A DNA stretch of 64,000 bases from Clostridia bacterium. Lineage in GTDB: Bacteria; Bacillota; Clostridia; Oscillospirales; CAG-272. Positions within the stretch are counted from its first letter, which is position 1, and each line of letters starts with the position of its first letter. Under the pieces are notes generated by a model. The model did no database searches, was not told the origin of the DNA, and worked only from the letters and a program-made list of their open reading frames with translations. The DNA is taken from assembly GCA_017503325.1 (NCBI GenBank), contig JAFVTI010000006.1:14947-78946 (forward strand), given 5' to 3'. Below, one piece after another: positions 36,638-44,981 of the stretch. The position numbers were made by a program, and so were the translations under genes.

Positions 36638-37135
36638 ATGCAAGCAGTTAAGGATTTTTTTACCAACTACATAGTCATGTCCGCGCTGGTCGGGTGGTTT
36701 ACGGCACAGATCCTGAAAATGTTCACCCGCGGCTTCAAGCAAAAGAAGCTGGATATTCCCAATATCCTGTTCGGCACGGGAGGTATGCCCAGCTCGCACA
36801 CCGCGGCCGTGATTTCCATGGCTGTGGCTACCGCCATCGTATTCTCCCCGGCATCCTTTGAGTTTGCCATTGCGGGCGTGCTTTCCATGATTGTCATGCG
36901 TGACGCCATGGGCGTGCGCCGTGAGGTCAGCAAGCAGGCAGCCATTATCAACAAGCTGGTCATTGACGTGATCAATGCAGAAAACGAAGAGAACAGAGAA
37001 AAGCGCCTCAAGGAGCTGGTGGGTCATACCCCCTTGCAGGTGTGGGCGGGATGTGCCGTCGGCATCGTCGTGCCGCTGCTTTTGCAGTTTATCCCGTTCT
37101 TCCGCGAAAGTATTCTGTATCTTCAGGGCGCGTGA
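36638..37135 (+). CDS. Divergent PAP2 family membrane protein (DUF212, acid phosphatase/haloperoxidase-related)
   Basis: Motifs GGMPSSHTA and MRDAMGVRR. ATG 36638 has an AAAGGA RBS; the track start is TTG 36611. Confidence 0.75.
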   Translation: MQAVKDFFTNYIVMSALVGWFTAQILKMFTRGFKQKKLDIPNILFGTGGMPSSHTAAVISMAVATAIVFSPASFEFAIAGVLSMIVMRDAMGVRREVSKQAAIINKLVIDVINAENEENREKRLKELVGHTPLQVWAGCAVGIVVPLLLQFIPFFRESILYLQGA

Positions 37136-37923
37136 TGAGAGCGGATCTTTACCTTGTGGAGTACGGATACGTCAAAAGCCGTACCGCTGCAAGAAAATAC
37201 ATTGAACAAGAGCATGCCGTCATTGACGGTGCGGTGATCAAAAAGCCCTCGCAGGAAATAGACGAGCAAGCAGAGCACACGGTTGAAATATTGGAGCGCG
37301 AGCGGTACGTCAGCCGCGGCGGCCAAAAGCTGGAGGGCGCGTTACAGGCCTTCGGGATCGACGTGCGCGGTCTGCGCGCGGCCGATATCGGTGCATCCAC
37401 GGGAGGCTTTACCGATTGCCTTTTGCAGGCGGGTGCTGAGCACGTGTACGCGATCGACTCGGGCAGGGATCAGCTGGATCCCGATCTGATGCTTGATGAG
37501 CGCGTGACCAATATGGAGGGCGTGAACGCCAGAAATCTGACGGCAGACGAGATCGGCGGCTGCGTGGATATCGTGGTCATGGACGTCTCGTTTATCTCGC
37601 AAACCCTGATTTTGCCCGCAGTTGTCAATCTTTTGAAGGACGATGGTATTTACGTCGGGCTGATCAAGCCGCAGTTTGAGGCGGGAAGAGCCGCACTTAA
37701 TAAAAGCGGTATCGTCAAGCAAGCCAAGGACCGCCGTGCAGCGGTTGAGCGCGTGCTGGACTTTGCGCAGTCGCTGGGGCTTTGCCTTTGCGGACTGATC
37801 GAATCTCCCATTCAAGGCGGGGACGGCAACGTGGAATACCTTGCATATTATATCAAAAACGGACAGAGCAGCAATGTGAGACACACGGCTGTGCAGGCGT
37901 TGTTTACGCGTCCGGGAAAGTAG
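37135..37923 (+). CDS. tlyA: TlyA-family rRNA 2'-O-methyltransferase (hemolysin A-like)
   Basis: S4-like N-terminus MRADLYLV and SAM motif DIGASTGGFTD. The start overlaps the previous stop (ATGA). Confidence 0.85.
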   Translation: MRADLYLVEYGYVKSRTAARKYIEQEHAVIDGAVIKKPSQEIDEQAEHTVEILERERYVSRGGQKLEGALQAFGIDVRGLRAADIGASTGGFTDCLLQAGAEHVYAIDSGRDQLDPDLMLDERVTNMEGVNARNLTADEIGGCVDIVVMDVSFISQTLILPAVVNLLKDDGIYVGLIKPQFEAGRAALNKSGIVKQAKDRRAAVERVLDFAQSLGLCLCGLIESPIQGGDGNVEYLAYYIKNGQSSNVRHTAVQALFTRPGK

Positions 37924-37931
37924 GCACACGC

Positions 37932-38810
37932 ATGAAAAGAGTTGCGATCATTACGAATTTTAATATCACTGAAAAGGCGTATGCTGCCATTACCGTAGCG
38001 CAAAGACTGATATCGCACGGCTGCGAGGTGGTGGCTGCCGTTTATAACCGCGAGCGTTTTCTCAAAATGGCGCAGGGAAAGGCGGAATTTTTGCTGCTGC
38101 CCATTGACGAGGTGTATGCAACGGCAGAAATGATCGTGGTGCTGGGCGGTGACGGCTCGATTTTGGAGGCGGCAAGACGCTCCGCCTCGCGTGCAACGCC
38201 CATTCTGGGCATCAATCTCGGCAGACTCGGCTTTATGGCAGAGCTTGAGATGCGGGACGTGGCGGATATTGACAAGCTGTTTGAGCCGGACGGATACACG
38301 CTTGAAAAGCGTTCGATGCTGAATGTGGAGCTGATCGGCTCCAAGGGAAATCTGCGTTCCTCGTGCTACGCGCTCAACGATGCCTCGATCTCCAACGGCT
38401 CGATCGCACGTATCGTGGATCTTGAGCTTTCCGAGGGCGGGATTCCGGTGACCTCATACCGCGCAGACGGCCTGATTGTGGCAACTCCCACGGGCTCCAC
38501 CGCATATTCCATGTCGGCAGGCGGCTCGATCGTGGATCCTCGTGTGTCCTGCTTCTGCGTTACCCCCATCTGTCCGCATTCGCTGGCGGCAAGACCCATG
38601 ATCTTCCCGGACAGCGCGATCCTTGAGATCAAAAATATCTGCCAGCGCGAAAAGATGCTGTATCTGACCGTGGACGGCAGAACCAATTACGAAATGTATA
38701 AGGGCGACGTCGTTCGCATCAGCAAATCTCCCCTGAAGACCAACCTTGTGCGCATCAAGAACTGCGGCTTTTACAAAAAGCTGCGTCAGAAGATGACCGA
38801 GAACGAATAA
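37932..38810 (+). CDS. nadK: NAD kinase
   Basis: VVLGGDGSILEA, NDASISNG and ATPTGSTAYSMSAGG. The start is at MKRVAII. Confidence 0.9.
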   Translation: MKRVAIITNFNITEKAYAAITVAQRLISHGCEVVAAVYNRERFLKMAQGKAEFLLLPIDEVYATAEMIVVLGGDGSILEAARRSASRATPILGINLGRLGFMAELEMRDVADIDKLFEPDGYTLEKRSMLNVELIGSKGNLRSSCYALNDASISNGSIARIVDLELSEGGIPVTSYRADGLIVATPTGSTAYSMSAGGSIVDPRVSCFCVTPICPHSLAARPMIFPDSAILEIKNICQREKMLYLTVDGRTNYEMYKGDVVRISKSPLKTNLVRIKNCGFYKKLRQKMTENE

Positions 38811-38831
38811 ACGAAAACGGAGTTATTTCTA

Positions 38832-39287
38832 ATGAAGAAAAACAGACATGAGAAGATCATAGAGATCGTGGAACGATATGACGTTGAGACACAGGACGAG
38901 CTGATTGAGCATCTGCGAAAAATGGGCTATGACGTGACGCAGGCGACTGTGTCGCGTGATATCCGTGAGCTCAAGCTGACCAAGGTGATGAGCGAGAAGG
39001 GCTCTTATCGCTATGAGCTGCCCAAGACCAGCGAGCCACTTGGCAATTTCAAGTTCAATCACGCGCTGGCAGAATCCATTACCTCGGTGGACTGCGCACA
39101 GCACACAGTTGTGATCAAAACCTTCCCGGGCATGGCGCAGGCCGTTGCCGTGGGCATTGACAGTCTCAAGCTGCCGGTCATTCTGGGCTGCGTAGCGGGG
39201 GATGATACCATCATCGTGATCTCGCGCTCCGTCGAGGCAGCGGCAGATTTGAACACCAAAATCAAGGAAATTATCAGAGGCCAGTAA
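38832..39287 (+). CDS. argR: Arginine repressor
   Basis: Winged-helix region QDELIEHLRKMGYDVTQATVSRDIREL and C-terminal GCVAGDDTI. Confidence 0.9.
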   Translation: MKKNRHEKIIEIVERYDVETQDELIEHLRKMGYDVTQATVSRDIRELKLTKVMSEKGSYRYELPKTSEPLGNFKFNHALAESITSVDCAQHTVVIKTFPGMAQAVAVGIDSLKLPVILGCVAGDDTIIVISRSVEAAADLNTKIKEIIRGQ

Positions 39288-40963
39288 TGTTAAAGGGGCT
39301 GCATATTGAAAATATCGCGGTCATCTCGCAAGCAGAGATCGATTTTTCGTCCGGCTTTTGCGTTATGACGGGCCAGACCGGCGCGGGCAAGAGCGTGATC
39401 GTGGATAGCATCATGCTGATCTGCGGCGTCAAGGGCGACCGGGAGCTTGTGCGCTCGGGCGAGAGCAGCGCGAGCGTCACCGCACATTTTTGCGATCTGA
39501 CCGAGGGTGCGATCCAAGGCCTTTTGCAAATGGGGATTGCTTGTGACGAGGGCGAGGTCGTGTTGCAAAGAACGCTGGGCGCGGACGGAAAGAGCCAAGC
39601 GCGCATCAACGGCAAGGCGGCAACGCTTGGCATGCTGCGTCAGGCGAGCACGTATCTGATCTCGATCCACGGGCAGGACGATAACCGCTTGCTGGCGGAT
39701 CTGCGCTACCACACGGATATGCTGGACGCGTATGCTGGGCTGGATGCTCTCAGAGCCGAATACGGCGCTGCGTACGACGAGTGGCGGTCGCTTTGCGAAA
39801 AGCGCGACGCGCTGACGCGTGACGCGGGCGAGAGATTGCGTACCATAGAAATGTTGAACTATCAGATAGCCGATATCGCTGCCTTGAAGCTCAAGGCGGG
39901 CGAGGAGGAGCTGCTGATCGAAAAAAGAAATAAGCTGCAAAACACCGAAAAGGTGCAAAAGCAGGTCAAATTTTCCACCAAGGTGCTCACGGGCGCGGGC
40001 TCAAATGGTGCCGTTTCCTATATGTTGGAGCGCTGCGCGGCATCCATGAATGCGCTGGCGGCCTACGTGCCGGACGCTGCAGAGGTTGGCGAGGAGCTGA
40101 TCGATCTTTCCTATCGCGTGCGGGACTTATCCGATCGTATCGAAGGTTATGCCGAGGATCTTGACGACGATCCCGTGGCAATGCTTGACAAGATCGAGGA
40201 CAGACTCGAGGCCATTTCCAAGCTCAAGCGCAAGTACGGCGGCTCGGTTGAGGCGGTGCTGGAATTCTTGGAAAACGCCAAGTCGCGCCTGGACGAGATC
40301 GAGCACTCGGACGTGCTCTCTGAGCAATACGACGCTGAGATTGCCAAGCAGCACGCGCGTGCGCTTGCGCTTGCGATGCAAATGTCCGAGATGCGTACAA
40401 AAGCGGCCGCGGACGCAGCCGAGCAGATTGCAGGGCAGCTTTCGTATCTTGACATGGCGGGCGTGCGCTTCCGCATCGCCGTAACCAAAGAAAGGGAGTT
40501 GAATCCCGTAGGCATTGACCGCGTGGAATTCATGATCGCCACCAACCCCGGCGAGCCGCTTTCCTCCATGATCCGCATTGCGTCCGGCGGTGAGCTGTCA
40601 CGCATCATGCTGGCTATCAAATGCGTCATGAACCAAAAGGACGGCGTGCCCACCACTATCTTTGACGAGGTGGATACCGGTATTTCGGGCAAGACCTCGC
40701 GCAAGATCGGCATCAGACTTGCCGATATGGCAAAGAATCGGCAGATCATCTGCATCACGCACTCGGCGCAGGTTGCATCTCTTGGCGAGCAGCATCTGCA
40801 TATCTCCAAGCAGGAGCGAGGGGGCAGGGCCTTTACCTCGGTGGATGCGCTTGAAGGAGAGGCGCGTGTTTGCGAGATCGCCCGCATTCTGGGCGGTATC
40901 CATATCACCGAGGCACAAATGCAGGCCGCTCGCGATATGCTTTGCGCAAAGGATCGCGAATAA
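39287..40963 (+). CDS. recN: DNA repair protein RecN
   Basis: Walker A GQTGAGKS, a coiled middle region, signature SGGELSR and Walker B IFDEVDTG. Confidence 0.95.
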   Translation: MLKGLHIENIAVISQAEIDFSSGFCVMTGQTGAGKSVIVDSIMLICGVKGDRELVRSGESSASVTAHFCDLTEGAIQGLLQMGIACDEGEVVLQRTLGADGKSQARINGKAATLGMLRQASTYLISIHGQDDNRLLADLRYHTDMLDAYAGLDALRAEYGAAYDEWRSLCEKRDALTRDAGERLRTIEMLNYQIADIAALKLKAGEEELLIEKRNKLQNTEKVQKQVKFSTKVLTGAGSNGAVSYMLERCAASMNALAAYVPDAAEVGEELIDLSYRVRDLSDRIEGYAEDLDDDPVAMLDKIEDRLEAISKLKRKYGGSVEAVLEFLENAKSRLDEIEHSDVLSEQYDAEIAKQHARALALAMQMSEMRTKAAADAAEQIAGQLSYLDMAGVRFRIAVTKERELNPVGIDRVEFMIATNPGEPLSSMIRIASGGELSRIMLAIKCVMNQKDGVPTTIFDEVDTGISGKTSRKIGIRLADMAKNRQIICITHSAQVASLGEQHLHISKQERGGRAFTSVDALEGEARVCEIARILGGIHITEAQMQAARDMLCAKDRE

Positions 40964-40977
40964 TTCGCAAAATGCTG

Positions 40978-41006
40978 TTGCATTCGCGCAAAAGATGTGT
41001 TATAAT
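40978..41006 (+). promoter_or_regulatory. Sigma-A-type promoter of argS
   Basis: TTGCAT, 17 nt, TATAAT. The leader is only ~35 nt, leaving no room for a T-box. Confidence 0.55.
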
Positions 41007-41042
41007 ACGAAATTGTGAAAATCATCATATAAGGAATCAATT

Positions 41043-42767
41043 ATGCTGAAAATCAAACAGAACATTGCAAGTAACATTCAAAAGGGCATTCTTGCCATCA
41101 ATCCCGCAGCAGAGCTGACGGTGGATGAGCTGGCAGGCATGCTGGAATACCCCCCTGATGCGGGCATGGGTGACCTTGCGCTGCCTTGCTTCAAGCTGTC
41201 CAAAACGCTGCGTCGCGCACCCGTTATGATCGCGCAGACGCTGGCAGAGCACTTGGACTGCGATTGCATCGAGAGCGCAGAGGCAGTCAACGGATACCTC
41301 AATATCCGTTTGAGTCCCGCGTATCTGACGGACCACGTGCTTTGCTCCGTGCTTGAGAAAAAGGAAAAGTACGGCGCACCCGACGTGGGTAAGGGCAAGA
41401 AGGTCGTGCTGGACTATTCCTCGCCCAACGTCGCAAAGCCCTTCCACATCGGACACCTGGGCACCACGGTCATCGGCCATTCGCTTAAGAAGATGCATGA
41501 GTTTGCGGGCTATGATTGCTACGGCATCAACTACCTTGGCGACTGGGGCACACAGTTCGGCAAGCTGATCTTGGCTTATAATACCTGGGGCAGCAAGGAG
41601 ATGGTCGAGCAGGGCGGCATTGACACGCTGGTTGAGCTTTACGTCAAGATCAATAACGCCATCACCGAGGAAAAGGAGCAGGGCAAGACCGAGCTTGCGG
41701 ACGCAGCACGTGCCGAGTTCCATAAGATGGAGACGGGCGACGAGCAAAATCTCGCGCTGTGGAAGTGGTTCATTCAGATCTCCCTGGAGGAATACGAAAA
41801 GACCTACGCACAGCTTGGCATTACCTTTGACAGCTATCTTGGCGAGTCCTTCTATACCGACAAGATGCCCGCGCAGGTGCAAAAGCTGCGCGACGCGGGA
41901 CTGCTCAAGCTGGACGACGGCGCATCCATTGTCGACTTGGACGAATACGGCATGCCTCCTTGCCTGATCCTCAAGAGAGACGGCAGCACGCTGTATCCCA
42001 CGCGTGACATCGCAGCTGCGGTCTACCGTAAGGAAAACTACCATTTTGATAAATGCATCTACGTGACCAGCACGCAGCAGATCCTGCACTTCAAGCAGTG
42101 GTTCAAAGTTGTGGAGCTGATGGGCTATGACTGGCACGATCAGCTGGTGCACGTGCCCTACGGCACGGTCAGCATCGGCGGTGCAAAGCTGGCAACCAGA
42201 ACCGGTAACGTGGTGCTTTTGCGTGACTTGTTCGGCGCGGCTATTGAGAAGGTCACCGAGATCATGGAGGAAAAGAATCCCGAGATGAAGGGCAGAACCG
42301 ACGTCGCCGAGGCCGTGGGCGTTGGCGCGATCGTGTTCTACTATCTGACCAACAACCGCATCAAGGACATCGACTTCAACATGGATGAAGCGCTGTCCTT
42401 TGACGGCAATACAGGTCCTTACGTGCAGTATACCTACGCGCGTGCTTGCTCGGTGCTTGAAAAGGCAGGCGAGCCTGCGGCGATCGATTATAAGATCACA
42501 GCCCCCGAGGAGCAGGCACTCTTAAAGGTGCTGGCTACCTACGAGGAAAAGGTGCTCATGGCGCTGCGCGACTACGAGCCCTCGGTTATCACCAGATTCA
42601 TTCTGGACGTTGCCGTTGCGTTCAACCGCTTCTATCATAACTGCCGTATCCTGTCGGAGACCGACGAGCGCGTCAAGCAGACCAGAATCGCACTCACGCT
42701 TGCCACCAAGCACGTGCTTGGCAGCGCGTTTGAAATGATCTGTCTGAAAAAGACCGAGAAGATTTAA
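41043..42767 (+). CDS. argS: Arginine--tRNA ligase
   Basis: Class I HIGH motif (PFHIGHLGTT) and an anticodon-binding C-terminus in a 574-aa protein. Confidence 0.95.
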   Translation: MLKIKQNIASNIQKGILAINPAAELTVDELAGMLEYPPDAGMGDLALPCFKLSKTLRRAPVMIAQTLAEHLDCDCIESAEAVNGYLNIRLSPAYLTDHVLCSVLEKKEKYGAPDVGKGKKVVLDYSSPNVAKPFHIGHLGTTVIGHSLKKMHEFAGYDCYGINYLGDWGTQFGKLILAYNTWGSKEMVEQGGIDTLVELYVKINNAITEEKEQGKTELADAARAEFHKMETGDEQNLALWKWFIQISLEEYEKTYAQLGITFDSYLGESFYTDKMPAQVQKLRDAGLLKLDDGASIVDLDEYGMPPCLILKRDGSTLYPTRDIAAAVYRKENYHFDKCIYVTSTQQILHFKQWFKVVELMGYDWHDQLVHVPYGTVSIGGAKLATRTGNVVLLRDLFGAAIEKVTEIMEEKNPEMKGRTDVAEAVGVGAIVFYYLTNNRIKDIDFNMDEALSFDGNTGPYVQYTYARACSVLEKAGEPAAIDYKITAPEEQALLKVLATYEEKVLMALRDYEPSVITRFILDVAVAFNRFYHNCRILSETDERVKQTRIALTLATKHVLGSAFEMICLKKTEKI

Positions 42768-42803
42768 CTTTTGAAAAATTTAATTGTAGTGAGGTAATAT
42801 ATC

Positions 42804-43538
42804 ATGTCCGGACATAGCAAATGGGCCAACATCAAGCACAAGAAGGAAAAGACCGACGCCGCTAAGGGTAAGATCTTTACCCAGATCGGTAAGGAAATCG
42901 CCGTAGCCGTCAAGGCAGGCGGCGGCGACCCCAACAACAACTCCAAGCTCAGAGATCTGATCGCAAAGGCAAAGGCAAACAACGTGCCCAACGATAACAT
43001 CAAGAGAAGTATCGAAAAGGCACTTGGCGCAGGCGGCGACAATTTTGAAGAGATCACCTACGAGGGCTACGGTCCCGCAGGTGTGGCAGTCATTGTCAGA
43101 GCTGCTACCGATAACAGAAACAGAACCGCAGGCAACGTGCGTGCCGCTTTCTCCAAGTACCACGGCAACCTTGGTACCTCGGGCAGCGTCAGCTTCATGT
43201 TCTCCGAAAAAGGTCTGATCGTCATTGACAATGAGGACGGTGATATCGACGAGGATAAGCTGATGGAGGATGCTATGGAGGCAGGTGCTGAGGACTTTGC
43301 AGCCGAGGGCGAGGTATTCGAGGTTTACACCGAGACTGCCGACGTTTTCGCAGTCGCAGAGGACATCAAGGCTAAGGGCTATAACGTGCTTTCCGCAGAG
43401 CAGACCATGATCCCTTCCACCTACGTCGAGCTGACCACCGACGACGATAAGAAGTTCATGAACCTGCTGCTTGAAAAGCTGGAGGAGGACGACGACGTTC
43501 TCTCCGTATTCCACAACTGGGAAAACCAGGACGAATGA
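42804..43538 (+). CDS. yebC: YebC/PmpR family DNA-binding regulator
   Basis: N-terminus MSGHSKWANIKHKK in a 244-aa protein. Confidence 0.9.
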   Translation: MSGHSKWANIKHKKEKTDAAKGKIFTQIGKEIAVAVKAGGGDPNNNSKLRDLIAKAKANNVPNDNIKRSIEKALGAGGDNFEEITYEGYGPAGVAVIVRAATDNRNRTAGNVRAAFSKYHGNLGTSGSVSFMFSEKGLIVIDNEDGDIDEDKLMEDAMEAGAEDFAAEGEVFEVYTETADVFAVAEDIKAKGYNVLSAEQTMIPSTYVELTTDDDKKFMNLLLEKLEEDDDVLSVFHNWENQDE

Positions 43539-43547
43539 TCCTGACAG

Positions 43548-43589
43548 ATAGGATGGCTTGAAAAATCAAGCTGTCCTATTTACTTTTAT
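43548..43589 (+). terminator. Rho-independent terminator after yebC
   Basis: 14-bp stem agataggatggcttga / tcaagctgtcctat with two G-U pairs, followed by a T-rich tail. Confidence 0.55.
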
Positions 43590-43642
43590 GCCTTTCTATG
43601 GTATAATAAAGCCGTTTATAAATATGATTTTTGGGGGTAATT

Positions 43643-44134
43643 ATGTCTGAAAAAGCACTATATGTACTGGCTGGTTATGATGAAAGCACGGATATGCATT
43701 TGTCAAATATTCAAAACATATTGTATGAAAACGGTTTTACGGGTACCCATACAAAAAATATACCACAGCATATAACACTGGGCTCTTTTCCGACAGAAAA
43801 AGAAACAGAGTTGATAGATCTACTCCAAAGATTATCAATAGAAGTTCCTTCATTTGAGATCACATTTAATCACATTGGTGTTTTTGGAGGGGCGCGTGTT
43901 TTGTTTGTTGCACCGGATTCCAATGAGCAATTATTGAGCTTGAAAGAAATGTTTGGCGATAGTTACAACTGGACACCGCATACAACTATGCTCATTGATA
44001 ATCCTGACACAATATACAAAGCAATCCCTTTTGTAATGGAAAAGTTTTCAGCCTTTAAGGGCAGGATTACGTCGTTGCATCTCTATGAGTTCTTTCCAAC
44101 AAGACACATTGTGTCGATATGGTTTAAGAAATGA
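43643..44134 (+). CDS. 2H phosphoesterase superfamily protein (LigT / 2'-5' RNA ligase-like)
   Basis: Two H-x-T/S-x motifs are present (HITLGSF and PHTTML). ATG 43643 follows a GGGGG RBS. The gene is visibly AT-richer than its surroundings. Confidence 0.65.
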   Translation: MSEKALYVLAGYDESTDMHLSNIQNILYENGFTGTHTKNIPQHITLGSFPTEKETELIDLLQRLSIEVPSFEITFNHIGVFGGARVLFVAPDSNEQLLSLKEMFGDSYNWTPHTTMLIDNPDTIYKAIPFVMEKFSAFKGRITSLHLYEFFPTRHIVSIWFKK

Positions 44135-44247
44135 ATGTTTAGGCTTCATGAATGTATGGCTGAGAAAGCAAAGTTTTTTGAGACAATAGTGCTTCAACTT
44201 AAGGAAGTTGATAGTAAAAGCACCCTCGAAAGATACGTGAACGATGC

Positions 44248-44323
44248 GGACGCGCGCAGAAAGCCGTCCCCACAGGGGAAGGGGTTCCTCGCAGCGTAGC
44301 GTAGCGAGGGGAAGGGGTTGTGC
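44248..44323. repeat. Left arm of a ~76-bp GC-rich inverted repeat flanking the DUF559 gene
   Basis: ggacgcgcgcagaaagccgtccccacaggggaaggggttcctcgcagcgtagcgtagcgaggggaaggggttgtgc. It matches the reverse complement of 44812-44888 except for about five positions, including one indel. Confidence 0.9.
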
Positions 44324-44407
44324 GAAGAGATCGAGACAGCACTATCTTTGCGGATTCCTTGAAAAGCATCGAATTATTCTTAGTAATGAACATGCAAGGA
44401 GCCTGTC

Positions 44408-44779
44408 ATGCCATTGCCATATAACAAGAAAAACAAACCGTTAGCCCAGCGTATGCGCAATCATGCCAATGCCACGAAACAAGAAAACCACTTATGGTAT
44501 GATTTTTTAAGTAAATATCCCGTGAAATTTCGCAGACAAGCTATGATCGGTGACTTTATTGCTGATTTCTATTGTTGTCGGGCTAAATTGATCATCGAAA
44601 TAGACGGCAGGCAACATGAAACGGAAAAAGGTATGCAAAAGGACGAATTGAGAACCGAAAAATTAGAAGCATACGGAATTCAAGTAATCAGAATCCCGAA
44701 TCGATGTATTGATAAAGAGTTCTTTATGGTTTGTGACTATATAGATCAAACTGTAAAAAGCATTATAGGAGATGCATAA
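44408..44779 (+). CDS. DUF559 domain protein (Vsr-like PD-(D/E)xK endonuclease fold)
   Basis: 123-aa protein with LWYDFL....FRRQ..IG.FIADFYC...KLIIEIDG.QH. This pattern is typical of DUF559. Confidence 0.85.
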   Translation: MPLPYNKKNKPLAQRMRNHANATKQENHLWYDFLSKYPVKFRRQAMIGDFIADFYCCRAKLIIEIDGRQHETEKGMQKDELRTEKLEAYGIQVIRIPNRCIDKEFFMVCDYIDQTVKSIIGDA

Positions 44780-44811
44780 TTGCGTATCCTTTTTTCTGTC
44801 CCAATCTCTTT

Positions 44812-44888
44812 GCACGGCCCCTTCCCCTCGCTACGCTACGCTGCGAGGAACCCCTTCCCCTGCGGGGACGGCTTTGCAGCGCGCGTCC
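44812..44888. repeat. Right arm of the inverted repeat flanking the DUF559 gene
   Basis: Reverse complement of the left arm. It starts 33 nt after the DUF559 stop. Confidence 0.9.
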
Positions 44889-44925
44889 TATTTCGGGTAT
44901 GTGGTATGAACGGCTTATCTTTGTG

Positions 44926-44981
44926 AAAAAAACCTCCGTTTACGGGCAATACTGTAAAGTATTACCGCACGGAGGTTTTTT
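44926..44981 (+). promoter_or_regulatory. Hairpin that sequesters the glgB-like Shine-Dalgarno sequence, or alternatively a terminator abutting the start codon
   Basis: aaaaaacctccgt (44926-44938) pairs with acggaggtttttt (44969-44981). The GGAGG at 44971-44975 is the only SD for ATG 44982 and lies in the 3' arm. Confidence 0.45.

Larger units (their letters stand above)
44248..44888 (+). mobile_element. Candidate compact selfish cassette: a DUF559 nuclease gene bracketed by inverted repeats
   Basis: An AT-rich ORF sits between GC-rich ~76-bp inverted arms, inserted between yebC and the glgB-like gene. No transposase is present. The call rests on architecture only. Confidence 0.3.

Noticed and set aside
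40964-41042. A T-box or other riboswitch upstream of argS.
   Set aside because: The intergenic region is only 79 nt and is filled by a consensus promoter and RBS. There is no room for a ~200-nt leader.
44199-44444. Small ORFs of 64 aa (minus strand) and 66 aa (plus strand) rich in Arg, Gly, Pro and Ser.
   Set aside because: They are translations of the GC-rich inverted-repeat arm. The mirror arm gives similar pseudo-peptides. ORF 50442-50669 across the 64-bp repeat is rejected for the same reason.
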